From: Paraspadella gotoi
Lineage: Eukaryota; Animalia; Chaetognatha
Direction: 5' to 3'
Length of the DNA: 64,000 nt
Assembly (NCBI GenBank): GCA_051294375.1
Contig: CM119271.1
Span: 4,969,579 to 5,033,578, forward strand
Shown piece by piece: positions 17,703 through 31,100 of this stretch (position 1 is the first letter of the stretch; every line of letters begins with the position of its first letter). Under the pieces are notes generated by a model. That model did no database searches, was not told the DNA's origin, and worked only from the letters and a program-made list of their open reading frames with translations. The position numbers and the translations under genes were made by a program.

Positions 17703-17936
17703 TTCCTAATCCCTCGCACAAATCTCTAATTTAATTCCCAAACCATTAAATTTAAAAACTTACTTAATTAACTTACTAAAAAAAAGCTGAAGCGGGGCCC
17801 TTTTTATAAAATATGGCTAATTTATAATACATAATGAATATACACGTTTCGTCTTTGTCTTCCTCCTTGTTTTCAGTCGTCGTTCTTTTCCAACGCAGCG
17901 GAAAAACGTCTCGTTTCTTTGTTATCGTTTTTGAAG

Positions 17937-17969
<33 letters not shown>

Positions 17970-18018
17970 TTTCCTTACCTGCCAAGGCTCCCAACAGAAT
18001 TAACGATACGAGTCTCAT
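14621..18018 (-). CDS. Secreted astacin-family (M12A) zinc metalloprotease with Cys-rich region, (GGD)n linker and two C-terminal ShK domains
   Basis: Signal peptide MRLVSLILLGALA|GVFVATSFA and acidic propeptide. Mature N-terminus has YWRWPKAIIPY...AMK|EWQEKTCIRF and GCYSMVG. Zinc motif HELGHTIG|LHHEQCRTDRD and Met-turn SVMHYG. Cys-rich exon CNSHCEKNDKCKDPCYVNHKCKCTC. Two ShK domains: CQNHKDRCDEWAKRGECKKNGHYMIPNCPKACGYC and CGDQHERCQEWADRGECENNPWYMLPHCNKACQLC*. Confidence 0.92.
14851..14963 (-). repeat. Coding 9-bp tandem repeat encoding the (GGD)n linker of the astacin
   Basis: About 12 units of ggNggaga(t/c), translated GGDGGDGGD... between the Cys-rich region and the ShK domains. Confidence 0.9.
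15543..15783 (+). mobile_element. Dispersed repeat copy 1: 5' hairpin + tRNA-Gly-like head + twister-like module (in an astacin intron, antisense to the gene)
   Basis: Colinear with the copies at 54473-54690 (-) and 58062-58291 (+). Hairpin GGTGGA-ctaaaa-TCCACC. tRNA-like segment 15573-15644 with acceptor stem GTGGCCA/TGGTCGC and A-box-like TGGTGCAGGAGG. Possible short flanking direct repeat ACTAC (15538-15542 and 15781-15785). Confidence 0.8.
15648..15729 (+). ncRNA. Candidate twister ribozyme (P5-type permutation), copy 1; carries a P3 duplication and a P4 mismatch
   Basis: GCAG-UUAA-GAGG-GA-UGGG-GCUCU-UAA-CCC-GC-CUGUAAC...GUUACAG-CCUUA-UCCGAAGC-UCAGG-G-A-CUGC. Predicted scissile U/A at 15671/15672. 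Confidence 0.55.
17282..17356. repeat. (GA)n microsatellite in an astacin intron
   Basis: Perfect dinucleotide run. Confidence 0.97.
17608..17702. repeat. (TAA)n microsatellite in an astacin intron
   Basis: Perfect trinucleotide run; source of the poly-I/poly-L ORFs. Confidence 0.97.
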
Positions 18019-18363
18019 TTCCACCAAATTTGTGTCACGTCTCGAAAACATTTCCCCCTTTTTATACGAATCCATTGACAAAGGCTCCGTTGTTATTAAG
18101 GCTTTTTTTTTATAAGAGGCTCGAATTGCCTCGATTGCCTTTGGTATCTCGACCGCGTTGGAAAAACAAAAAGACTCGATTCTTCGTTGAATTTAATCTT
18201 GGAGAGACTGACGCTACAGATCGGTGAATGTGATAATGTGATTATGTTAAACCTTGGTCGTGATTGGTTAATTTTTAAAGAGAGGTACAAGATAATAAGC
18301 GTAATTTTTGTTATTATTCGTTACGCACTGTGCTACGTTTCTATGTTTTTTTGTTTATTTGTT

Positions 18364-18365
18364 TT

Positions 18366-18445
<80 letters not shown>

Positions 18446-18937
18446 TATTTAATTATTTATTTTATTTATTTTTTTTTATCATTTATTTCTTTCTTTCTTC
18501 CCTTTTCCTTTCCTTGCCCTATTACCCTTCCTCCCTTCCTTCTTCCCTTCCCTCACTACTTCCCTTTTCCCTTCCTTGTCCTATTGCCCTTCCTCCCTTC
18601 CCCCTTCCTTCTTCCCTTCTTTCCTTCCCTCCATATTTCCCTTCTCCTTTCCTTGCCCTTCCTCCCTTCCTTCTTTCCTTCCCCCCTTTATTTCCCTTTT
18701 CCCTTCCTTGCCCTCTTGCCCTTCCTCCTTTCCCTCTTCCCTACTTTCCTTCCCCCTCTTATTTCCCTTTTCCTTTCCTTGCCCTCTCGCCCTTCTTCTC
18801 TTCCTCTCCCCTCGGAGTTGATCTTTGCCGTTGACGTTAATGCATCCTCATTTGGATGAAGGAGACAAGAACCGCGAACGCGAATGGATGGCGCCAGGCG
18901 AGCGCGAGTCCGACTCGCGTCGATGACTCTCTCTCTA

Positions 18938-18997
<60 letters not shown>

Positions 18998-19155
18998 TTT
19001 TCTCTCTCTCTCTCTCTCTCTTCTTATTTTGCTTGTTTCTTTCTTCTTTCTTTCTTTCTGTCTGTCTTTCTTCTTTCTTTTTTCTTTTCTTTCTTCTTTT
19101 TCTTTCTTTTTCTTTCTTTTTTCTTTCTTTCTTTTTCTCTTACGTTCTTTTTTCC
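18364..19155. repeat. Polypyrimidine block: (TTTC)n, degenerate CCCTT/CCTT repeats and (TC)n
   Basis: Visible simple-repeat tracts with strong pyrimidine strand bias. Confidence 0.9.
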
Positions 19156-19456
19156 CTGGTGATCTAAGATCAGTCGACTAGTAAATTTGTAGCAGTTATA
19201 GTCAAGCCAAGCGGTGAGTCAAATTATTTATTTTAAAAATCCTGTCCCCTCTAACGGTATTTCGTACAATTTATTTACCTTTTCAATTATTTGTCACTTT
19301 ATCTTTATTACTTTATATTTTTGTCTTCACATATTCACGTGTTCACTTGTTTTCGAGCAATAAGCTCAACGTTCCAGACGAGCGGCTCTCGAGATGGCCT
19401 TTCTTTTCGGATTTAACAAAAGGTCGCCGCCATGTTTTGTTCTTTTGTTGTTGTCC

Positions 19457-19569
<113 letters not shown>

Positions 19570-21364
19570 AAACATTTCGTCTTCTTTTTCGCTTTTCCCC
19601 GTCCACGCAATGACAGCTGCGAGTCCTCGCTTTAGATTAAAAAGTGGTTGGAAACGGAGCACTTAACCACCTGCAGCGAAGGCCCTGCCTGATCATTTCT
19701 TTGTGAATGACTGCCTCTTTTCCAGCGTTCGCTCTCCCCAGTCTGTCGTCACGCTGTTTTTTTTTTCCAAGCGGCTGAGTACAGAACGTATTTAAATCGA
19801 GTCGTGGCGGCTCATCCTTTTTCCCTTCCGGGGACATCCTGCAGGAACGAACCCGGAGGTCAGAGGTTGGAGCCCATAAACCGTAGCCGTTAGAAAGGAC
19901 GATCCTGTTTCCATAGCGAATAATAAAAAAAAAAATCCGTTAGATTTTAAGCCTCCTGGCCTCATATATTGTATTAAATTATTAGAAAATTAGGGCAGAA
20001 ACTAATTTGTAACCTTGTCCTGATAGATGCTCCCTCTATTTTCAGAAGAAAACACTAACATCCTCTAAATAATTAAATCTATTACTTCTAATTCGTTTCA
20101 AAATTTAGTCTAATTTAGTCTAACATAATAAAAAAATAATAAAACATTATTTTTTAAAGAAAAAAAAATGTCATGATAAATTGTTTTTTTCTTCCTCCAA
20201 GAATCAGCGTCTGTCGATTCAGCAAAAAATCCTGACCGCTCATTCTCCCGCCCTTTTAAATCTTTTCTTGACGTCGCCGATCATTACTCCCGTCTCTATT
20301 TTTGCTCCAACTAATGCAATACAGCATCACTCCATCACTCAATTACAAATACAGCATCACTCCATCGCTCAATTCCTACATCACGAGATCTCGTAGCGCC
20401 GAAGCGCGCGGGACCCAAAACAACCGCCGCCAAGCCGCCCCCCCCGATCCAAAATTTCGAAGAGCTCGCGTTTCCCTTCGCGCCCCCGGATATTCGTCGC
20501 CTTTTAAATTTTTATTCCCGTCATATTGGGGATCTATTAGCTGGGAGATGACGACGAAAACGACGACGAAAACGAAGACGGCTAAGAAAATAATGATGAC
20601 GGACAAGACGGCGACAGAGACGATGACGATGACAAAGAAGACAATGTCGATAGTAATGATTAACGCGATGATGACAGATAAATTTTCAACCGACGATGAG
20701 GTCGACTACATCCTTAATGACAAAGGAAGAAAAATCGACGAGTTGACAAAGATGACGACAACAAATACAAGGAGAAACAATACGAATAAACTGACCATAT
20801 AGTCATTAGCTGAGATCTTTATGATGACAGTGACATAGAATACGACGACGTCGACGACGACGACGACGACAATGATGGCGAAGGATATGAAAATGTCTTA
20901 ATGATGACACTGACGAAGATCACAATAATGACGACAACGTCTAAGGAAAAGGAAGGGAAAAACGACGATAAAGACGACGACAACGACGACTGCAAGAGCC
21001 TCTCGTAAAAAAATAATCCGTCCGGGGTTTGGGTCGTCATGGCGACCCGTACGAGATGGAGAGGGAGACGTGAGAGAGAGAGAGAGGGAGAAGAGGAGGA
21101 GGAAAGAGGAAGAGAAGACGAATGAGTTTTGAATAAAGGGAAAGAGTGGAGGAAAAAGATGGAGAGAGAGAGAGAGAGGGGAAAAAAGAAAAAGAGGGAG
21201 GCAGAAAGAAAAAAGCGCCCAAGTTTGCGAGAGTCAAGGAGAAGACGGAGCAAACTTCGAAATTTCGCGCGCTCTCCTTTTCAAATCGGGGAGCCATCTA
21301 TTTTAAGATGTTTGCCGAGCGTCGATAAATAAAAGAGCATCGGACTCTCGAGTAACGCGCAACC

Positions 21365-21403
<39 letters not shown>

Positions 21404-21734
21404 GAGAGAAGGAGAGGGGAACGAGGCGGGCAGCTGTCAAGAGTCAATATTGCTTCCTCCTGTTCATTCCCTGCCTCATATGAATACAGTAACCACATTG
21501 CCTGGAAGGCGATGGCACAGGCGCCAACAAGATTCCAATAGATCTCTCTCTCTCTCCTTTGCTCAGATATCCATCTCCTCTCATCTCCCGCTCTGAGATT
21601 GCTCATCATCTCGTCATCTCACTCTCCGGGTCTCTATCCAGCCTCCTCTCTTCTACCTCTATCACCCCCTCCCTCTACTTCTCCACCTTCATCTCTCTCC
21701 CGTCTCCGCTGTTCTCATCTCTCTCTCTCATCAT

Positions 21735-23822
21735 CGCCCGCGGTGGTGCGTCGGAACGCGTATATAATCAAGGCCAAATAAAAATCAGGTCTCTGACGGG
21801 CCTGCAGCTTGGCAGACGATCAAGTTGATGAGGAGAAAAAGGGGGTTGAGAGCACGGGTGGAGCGAACGTTTAAGTTTTTAATCGCAGTTCGAGAATCGA
21901 AAAAAAGAGAGAAAACTGAAATTGAAGTTAAGAAGCTGGGAGTAGTTATCAAGCCAGCTTGGTTCTCATCCCGTGATCATAATTAATATCAGGGGCCAGA
22001 CTTAATTATAAAAGAAGTCAAGACTGGCGCATTGTTGGACTCTAAAGATTTAAAAAAAAAATGCCAAATTAAATTCAATTGAATAATTAGAATTGCTGTG
22101 TTTTTTATCTTACTTTCCTTAATGATCTCATCTTTTTTTCTCGGAGAGGAACACTGGGTTTTAGGCCATGATTTTACAAAAAAAAATTGGAAAAACAAGC
22201 GAAAAAAAGTAAATTTTTCTTAAAATTTTTCTTTTTTTACGCCGCTGACAAGTATTTTTTTACTTATATATATAATTATATATAAATTTAAAAATAAAAT
22301 AATTCTCTCCTACGCTTCTAGTAATGTTCTTAATATTGCTTTTAGTAATCTAAAATAAAAACTATTCTCTGAACGATTACTTACGATACATACTTATAAT
22401 GTGCCATAAAATCACTCACAAACGCACAAGACGACAACAAACAAACTATTGTCCCGGATCCGTGGAGGTCATTTTGTCATTTGCGAGACTGACAGGCGGA
22501 CGACCAGCTGGACACCCGTGGACACCCAGCTCCTATTGAAGTCACGAGCATATACGAACATCAGTTCATTAGACATCGCGGAGCGCAAATGCTTTTTGGG
22601 ACAAACGAAGTTGTGACTGATGGAGGAAAAGAAGGAAGGGAGAATGTAAGGAAAAAGAGAAAAGCAGATAGACGTATATATATTATATATTAATATATGA
22701 ATATATAAACGCCGTCGAGCAGAAGTTGACGTTCGAAAGCAACTGGGGGGCTGAAGCCCAAAAGCCACGATACGAATTTCAATAAGAATGCAAATACTAA
22801 TGTATGATTTGATTCTGCGTGTTCATCTCTCNNNNNNNNNNNNNNNNNNNNNNNNNTCTCTCTCTCTCGCCCCGGTGGTCGGACCGATAATCAGGCAAAT
22901 AAAAATCAGGTCTCTGAACGGGCCTGCAGCTTTGGCAGACGATCAAGTTGATGAGAGAAAAAGGGGTTGAGAGCAGCGGGTGGACGAATTTTTGAACGAG
23001 GAACTTTAATTTTAATCCAGTCGAGAATCGAAAAGAGAAAAACTGAACTGAAGTTAAGAAGCTGGGGTAGTTATCAAGCAGCTTGGTTCTCTCCCATGAT
23101 CATAATTATTAATTAATCAGGCCAATTAAATTATAAAAGAAGTCAACTGGCCATCGTTGGACTCTAGATTTAGGAAAAAAAATGACAAAATTAAATTAAA
23201 TAATTCGAGAGGAACACTGGTTTTAGGCCATGATTTTCAAATAAAAATTGAAACAAAGCGAAATATTAATTTTTTTTCTTACAATTTTTCTTTTTTTACG
23301 CCGCTACGATTTACTTATATAATTAATTAATTATAATCCCTTCCTCTCTTCTTTTCTCTTCCTCGCTTCTAGAATGTTCTTAATATTGCTTTTAGTAAAC
23401 TATTATCTGAACGATTACTTACATACATCCTTATATGTGCCATAACATCACTCACAACCACAACGACAACAACAACTTTGTCCCGCCGTGAGGTCATTTG
23501 TCATTGCGAGACTGGACAGCGGACGCTGGACACCCGCTCTATGAGTCACGACATACGGAACATCAGTTCCATTAGACATCCGGGCCCAAATGTTTTGGGA
23601 CAAACGAGTTGTGACTGATGGAGAGAAAGAATGAAGGAGAGAATGTAAGGAAAAAAAGAGGAAAGAGATAGACGTATATATATATATATATATTATATAT
23701 GAATATATAAACCGTCAGACAGAAGTTGACGTTCGAGGGGCTGAAGCCCAAAAGCCGCAATACGAAATTTCGAATGAGAGGCAAATACTAATGTATGATT
23801 TGATTCTGCGTGTTCATCTCTC
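21735..23822. repeat. ~1.1-kb tandem duplication across a 25-N gap (probable assembly artefact)
   Basis: ~21735-22831 recurs at ~22866-23822 with many 1-3 nt deletions. Both copies end in gattctgcgtgttcatctctc next to N runs. Confidence 0.85.
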
Positions 23823-24474
23823 NNNNNNNNNNNNNNNNNNNNNNNNNNNNNNNNNNNNNNNNNNNNNNNNNNNNNNNNNNNNNNNNNNNNNNNNNNNNNN
23901 NNNNNNNNNNNNNNNNNNNNNNNNNNNNNNNNNNNNNNNNNNNNNNNNNNNNNNNNNNNNNNNNNNNNNNNNNNNNNNNNNNNNNNNNNNNNNNNNNNNN
24001 NNNNNNNNNNNNNNNNNNNNNNNNNNNNNNNNNNNNNNNNNNNNNNNNNNNNNNNNNNNNNNNNNNNNNNNCCGCCAGAGGCGACACTCGCGGCTTCTGA
24101 TTGGTCAATTTCCGCCACGTGATTACTCCTCATGATTTTTCTTTCCCGCTCCTCCGCGCATTAACTTTCCTTTTATGGACATGAAAGTGCCACGCCAGGG
24201 AATTGCTTTTATGCAAATGAGAGACCCCCTCTTTATTTTTTCCCCCTTTCTTTGGGAAAGAGAAATAGAGAGAGAGAGACTGAGAGGGAGAGACGGAGGA
24301 AAGGAGAGAGAAAAAGAGACAGAAAGAAAACGAGGGAGAGAGAGACAGAAAACGGAAGAGAACGAAAGAGAGAGAGAGAGAGAGAAAGTGTAAGTCTCAG
24401 AGAGGAAGAGACAGGGAAAAAAAAAAGAACGAGAGCAAGATAGAAATATACATATATATATATATGTATGTATG

Positions 24475-24514
<40 letters not shown>

Positions 24515-24607
24515 TGCTTATAATGGGCGGAGATAAGGAGCCGCGAAGCCCCTGGAGGGAAGGGAAAGAAAGAAGGAAGAATGGCATAGAGCGAATGGAA
24601 AGAATTG

Positions 24608-24662
24608 GACCGGAAGTGACGTCATGCGACCGGAAGTTCACAAGACCGTAAGTGACGTTACA
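24608..24662 (+). promoter_or_regulatory. Cluster of ETS / ETS-CRE composite motifs
   Basis: CCGGAAGTGACGTCA (24610-24624), GACCGGAAGT (24628-24637) and GACCGTAAGTGACGTTAC (24644-24661) in tandem. Confidence 0.45.
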
Positions 24663-27122
24663 CTCGCCCACGCGGCCACGGAATCACAGCGCCGGATTTC
24701 TAATCACCGTTAGCATTCACTTATTTGATGTGCCGTTGATAATGACAATCACGGGCGAAAGGGAATGAATTTTGCAAAGAAATATAATATTTGACTCTCT
24801 TCGCCGTATTTTCGCCTCTCATCGTCGTCGAGCCCAGATTTTCGCTCCTCATCCTCGTTCACAGCCCTCCCCGTCGACGCCCCCCTTCCTTCATCCCCAC
24901 GGCGACCAATTCTCGGAAATCGTCCATAATCTTTTTCATTGTGTCGCCGTCTGGTGTGGATGGACAATTGGACATCGAAGATCGAGCGGAAATGAGACTT
25001 TGTCCTTGACAACGTCGTCCCTTTCTTCCCAACGTCGGGCGATTCGTCCTCAGAGTCTCGCCTTTTTTTTTCCTTTATCAAGTTTTTAAAAGTATATGTC
25101 AGTTCGTTTAATTAATTCTCGCCGCTCCGAATCGCTTCATCGCGTAATTTTTGTATCCCTCGCTCAAACTCTTTTGTCACGATTATCTTTGTCCTCCTTT
25201 TTATCCCTCCACTTGTCCTCTCTTTGTCCCACGTCGCGAGTCATTGAAACTGGAACGGGCCGTGTTTGGCCTTTTGTAAGTCCCTCGGCCGATAATCGAG
25301 TCGTATTATCCCGTTTTATCGTTTTTTTTTCCCTTTTCGAGTTTCGAGGGTTTTTACAGCCGGCTATTCAGTGTAGAACATTCATTACAGGCATTTATAA
25401 TTAAAATTAATACTTCTCAATTCCGAATACAAACACTTTATTCCCATTACGATATTCCGTTAAATACATTACAGCAATCCGCCTTTTACAGCTGTTCCGG
25501 TCGTTTTGCTGTTGTTTACAAATTTTTTACAGTCACGGTTTTCCGCGTTCCGCACAAATACGCGCCCGCTCTGCCGCCTCGTGGCGACGTAAACATTNNN
25601 NNNNNNNNNNNNNNNNNNNNNNNNNNNNNNNNNNNNNNNNNNNNNNNNNNNNNNNNNNNNNNNNNNNNNNNNNNNNNNNNNNNNNNNNNNNNNNNNNNNN
25701 NNNNNNNNNNNNNNNNNNNNNNNNNNNNNNNNNNNNNNNNNNNNNNNNNNNNNNNNNNNNNNNNNNNNNNNNNNNNNNNNNNNNNNNNNNNNNNNNNNNN
25801 NNNNNNNNNNNNNNNNNNNNNNNNNNNNNNNNNNNNNNNNNNNNNNNNNNNNNNNNNNNNNNNNNNNNNNNNNNNNNNNNNNNNNNNNNNNNNNNNNNNN
25901 NNNNNNNNNNNNNNNNNNNNNNNNNNNNNNNNNNNNNNNNNNNNNNNNNNNNNNNNNNNNNNNNTTCCCCATTTTTATTTATCTTTGGGTCTCTCTGTCT
26001 GTCTCTCTCTCTCCCCTGTTTCTTCCCTTTTTCTTTCTCTTTTCCAATCCAAATGATGAAAAAAAAACTTCATAAGAAATTAGAAAAGAAAACTTTCGCT
26101 CTTTTGCAAACGGAAGGGAGGAAGGGGAGGGGAGGAAAGGGAGGAAGAGGGGGAAGGAAAGGAGAAGAGATGGCGCGAAAGAAAAAAAGAGAGAAGGAGA
26201 AAGAGAGACGGAGAAAAAAGAAATCCCATTAAAAGCTAGTATGCAAATGAAATTTTGGTTCTTTTTCTGCTCGTTCGGGCGCTTGCTCTCNNNNNNNNNN
26301 NNNNNNNNNNNNNNNNNNNNNNNNNNNNNNNNNNNNNNNNNNNNNNNNNNNNNNNNNNNNNNNNNNNNNNNNNNNNNNNNNNNNNNNNNNNNNNNNNNNN
26401 NNNNNNNNNNNNNNNNNNNNNNNNNNNNNNNNNNNNNNNNNNNNNNNNNNNNNNNNNNNNNNNNNNNNNCTCTCTCTCTCTCTCCGTGGCTGATTTTCAA
26501 ACGACTATTTTCTGCCTCTTTTTCCGGAGAAGATTGAGAGACTTGTAAGCCGACGGTAATAAATTTCGTTTAAGGGAAGAGAGAAGGGGAAAGAGAGAAA
26601 AGATATAAAAGGTAATGAAGAGAGAGGGAAGGGAGGAAAAGAGGGTAGGAAAGAAAGATGAAAGAGAAAAGAGAATAAGAAAAACTTTCAGAAAGGAGAA
26701 TGTACTNNNNNNNNNNAAAAATTATGGAAAAAGGAGAAATATAAGAAAGAAATAAAGAGAGAAAGAAAGAAAGACAAAAATAAAGAGAGAGAGAAAGAAA
26801 GAGAGAAAGAAAGAAAGAANNNNNNNNNNNNNNNNNNNNNNNNNNNNNNNNNNNNNNNNNNNNNNNNNNNNNNNNNNNNNNNNNNNNNNNNNNNNNNNNN
26901 NNNNNNNNNNNNNNNNNNNNNNNNNNNNNNNNNNNNNNNNNNNNNNNNNNNNNNNNNNNNNNNNNNNNNNNNNNNNNNNNNNNNNNNNNNNNNNNNNNNN
27001 NNNNNNNNNNNNNNNNNNNNNNNNNNNNNNNNNNNNNNNNNNNNNNNNNNNNNNNNNNNNNNNNNNNNNNNNNNNNNNNNNNNNNNNNNNNNNNNNNNNN
27101 NNNNNNNNNNNNNNNNNNNNNN

Positions 27123-27157
<35 letters not shown>

Positions 27158-28134
27158 TGAAGGGACGCGGAGACTATAAAGAGAGATGGGAAGGCCTTTT
27201 AAGGGAGGCCGAACGGGTCAACTCGTCCTGCGAGGAACTGTGCCCGGGATGAAGTCTAAGAGGAGGAGGAGAAAGAGGAGGAGGAAGAGGAGGAAGAGGA
27301 GGAGCAAGCGGAAGGGCTAAAGGGAAATGATCCCCGGGGAAGGGAATGCGGGTTTATTTCGTACGAGGGTAAGGGACTAAGGGTAGGGGAAAGAATGATA
27401 AAAAACGCGCTGAGCAGAGAAAAAAGAATACAACGACCATAATAATCGTCTTTAAAAAGTCGTGTTAAATATTTATCATTAATATAGTTTGAATTAGTTT
27501 TAAATATAAAACAAAATTACATTTAAAGTTTATCAAGTCGTTTTTAATAAATTTCCCAAAACACACTAAAAAGAAATATTATTATTAATATTATTTATAA
27601 ATGATTATAGGTAAAGTTCTAACCGACTCATAAAAATCTCTTCTAAAGATGCGTCGCCGCATTTTAAAAAATGGGGCTGAACAAAAATGCGAATCTTTAA
27701 TGCCGCGAGTCAAACTTCCTTTCGATGCCTTACCCCGTCGAGAGATGCTGCGGCAAAGACTTACCTCGAGGGAGAAGAAGGGAGGATGGATAATGGATAT
27801 GCGAGCAGAGAGCAGTAGAGAGAGAGAGAGAGAGAAGAGAATGAGAGAGAGAAGAGAGAAGATCAATGCTTCACATATATATTCGTGGCGGTGGAAAGGG
27901 GCGCTCTCTTCCCGCGGGATTTGGAGTCCCTCGTCAGACGGCTAGCGGTCGCCCGCAGGGAAGAAGGGGTGACAGAGAGAGAGAGAGAAGAAGACGAGAG
28001 AGAGAGACAGAGAGGAGACGACGAAGAGAAATGAGAGAGAGACGAGAGCCGAGATGCGAGAGCGATGATGCGTTTCAAGCAATGACGTCAAACGCGTCGG
28101 CTTTCACCGACCGGCATTTTGGACAGCGCGTGTT

Positions 28135-31100
28135 TCGTCTCCGCCCCGTGAGGGTCGCGTTCATGTTCCCGGTTTTGGTTCTACGGGGCAAACAGTGTTT
28201 CTTCAAAGAACTCAGGGAGCTGGTTTAACAATGTTAAGTCTTAAAAATGTTTAAGCTTTCAAGCAGAAGTTTATCTTGTTTTTCTCGCAGAGCTGCGACA
28301 ATCGGCAGGAGTGATCGCTACGAGAATCAGAAGGGTTAAGTTATTTTTCGATCCGACCCAACGACATTTCCGTCTTTCCGCGATTACTTAATGCCTTGGG
28401 ATAATTTCTCGGCGCGATCCCTGAGTGTTCGTTGGAGTCACACGCGAACTTTCCATGACTTTTAGGCGAATTTCTTTTTCAAACGAAGGATTTGACGAGT
28501 GGACGGAATCTTGACGCGAATTTTTAATCGCGACTTGAAGGAATAAGTTGCGGGGAATTAGCAGAAGCCTTCAGGCGCTACGAGCCCGTTGCACATCGAG
28601 AGTACCTTTGTGAAAACGTCGAAACGTCTTGTCAATTCATATGGGGGATTTTTGAGAAATGGGAAAGATGTTTTATGCGGTTATGCACGTTCTGTTTTTT
28701 TTTTTTAAGAAAAGCGCAAATGGTGAGACTCTTTATCAATCAAAGGGCGCTTTGCAATATCTCGGTAAAAACTTCATTTTTGAACGTTTAAGTTTTGCCG
28801 TGCCCATTCACCTTGAAAGAGCTTTTTTTGAGGGCCTTCCCTTCTTACCCCCTACCCACGACGCCTTTATAACCCCGCGGACATTTTCGACAAAATCTCG
28901 GAAGCTAAGGCGAGGACTCTGGAGGACTCTCGCTCTTAATTCGGGCGCGCAATGAATGTTGACAAAAAGGCAGAGAGGAAAGCCGGCAGCGAGAGAGACG
29001 GAGAATTTCAGACTCGCGAATTTTAGTGAGATACAGGATAGACGACGTGCCGAGGGGATAGAGAGAGAGGAGAGACGAGAGAGAGAGAGATGAGAGCAGA
29101 GATCGATGTAGGAGAAGAGACGAGAGAGAGAGATAGTTATTCGCGACCGTAATCAGTCTTAATAAGGGTTACCCCATAATCTCCAGGGCTACTCTCCGTC
29201 AATCATCAAGCCGAGCGAGTCTACGCTGAAATCTCGATAAAAGGTACTATTAAATCTTTCTGCTTTTCTCTAATGGTAGCGAAAAACCCGATAAAATGGC
29301 GGGAAAGGGTCGATATGAGGGGTGGCAAAGGGGGTTGGATTTTGAGGTGAACTTAATAGAGAGAGATGGAGAGAGAGACGAGAGAGAGAGAGAGAGAGAG
29401 GGCGACTGGCTCGATATATTCAAATGTAGTTAATAGATAGATTTTTTTTTTCCTCTCGCTCTCTCCTCGGCCTCGACTTTGATTTACCTTGGAATTTTCT
29501 ATTTCTAAGAAAAGAGGATCCGATCGGACTGAATTAGCCAGGGGTGGTCGCGGAAGAATGCGCGACCATGGGGGGGGGGTATACAGCGGCTAATAAGAAA
29601 GGGAAGGGAGAGGACCGAGAAGAGAAAGGAAGAACGAGAGAAACTGAGGAGAGAGGAAGAAAATGTATCACTAGCATTTAGTGGCGTGGGTGAAATAGAA
29701 AGAGGGGGGGGAAAAGGGAGAAAAATAGGATATAAGACAGAAAAGTAAGTATGACCCGAAACCCCAAACCGACCCCCTGCGGCCATCTTTCGGACGACAA
29801 TCGACGGTCAAATTGTTTATGGACGAAGATCGGGGCAGATGATCGTCGACTCCCAAACGACGCAATTTCAACTGAGCACAATCCTTCGACCTGCAATTCT
29901 GCCTATTGCATAATATTCTCATTCAAATTTTCTATATTACAGCTTAATGACCGCCGTGAGGAGACGAGCAGACGATCTCGATAAGAGAGGTTTTATCTGT
30001 TCCGGCGAAACTCTTGCGAAAAGAAAAAATTAGGTTCTATCGTAAACACGCACGAAATTTTACCGCTCGCGCCGGGACAGGAAGAGAAAAAAAGAAGATT
30101 CGATAGAGGGATAAAAAAAAAAGCATCGAGGATTCAAATGGCAGCGTTTAGTTTAACATTTAAGGTATTTAAAGCAAGATTGTGATTTGATTTATAGTAC
30201 ACTAATATAACGATTTAATTTGATCGTTTTTATCCGTACCTTTTACTTCTCAACGAATTACAATAAACGAATCAAAAAGGACAGACCGGAGATTTTATCG
30301 ACGCTAACATATCTAACTAGAGTTCGAGCCGCAGCCATTGGCTAAAACGCTGCGAGATTTACGCGTCTTTGCGAGGCGGCGGCGGTCGGGCTGGCGGCCG
30401 GCGGCAGCGGCGGCGGCGGCGGCGTGCGCAGGGTCGGCGTCGAAGCGCCAATATTTTTCCTCAGACGCTGCGCTTCTCGATGAAGTCGAGACCGAAAAAG
30501 ATCGGACGTCCGCGTGGGGTAGAGTATCTTTTTTTAAAGGTAAGTATGAAGTAGGAAAATGCGGCTGAGGAGGCAGGAGAAGACAGGGGCGACGGAGGTT
30601 GCGGACAAATCAAGAAGAGGAAGCGCGGAGAGACGTGAGTGGAGGCGGGGAATTTAGAGAAAAGAGGAGGGCAGGAAAAAGTGGAGGAAAGGAGCGGAAT
30701 AAGGGAAGAAGAAATAAGAGAAAAGCAAGTAGGAGAAAAGGAGGAACAGAGGAGGAGAGAAGCGCGGGAAAAAAAATAATTGAAGGTAAGAGAGAAAGAA
30801 CCGGAAAATAAAAGGGGCATTTGAAGCTGAAGAAAAGAACATTCTGCGGAAAAAAAATAGTGGATGAAGAAGAAGAGATATTTAACCTTGGGGCGTAGCG
30901 GACTTTGGCGGAGGCAACAGAGAGGCGGGAAATAGAAAGAAAAAAAAAAGAAAAAAAAAAGAATGAGAAAATCACGAGATTTCGTGGAGAAGAAATTTAA
31001 TCTTTGAAGCTAGGATGTTTTTTGCTAAAACTCGAGAGAATCATCTCTTGTTCAGCGGGCGAGGCGAGATTAAAAAAAGAGGAGAGAGACGAGCGAGACG

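Noticed and set aside
17777-17816. Possible cassette exon (ag...gtaagt) in astacin intron 1
   Set aside because: It is 40 nt long, so it would shift the frame and disrupt the signal peptide.
20318-20380. Short tandem duplications (also 54324-54418 and 45045-45163)
   Set aside because: Ordinary local slippage or assembly duplicates with no additional structure.
21430-21545. Complex-sequence island reading IYWNLVGACAIAFQAMWLLYSYEAG on the minus strand
   Set aside because: No convincing splice sites or recognisable family; cannot be supported as an exon.
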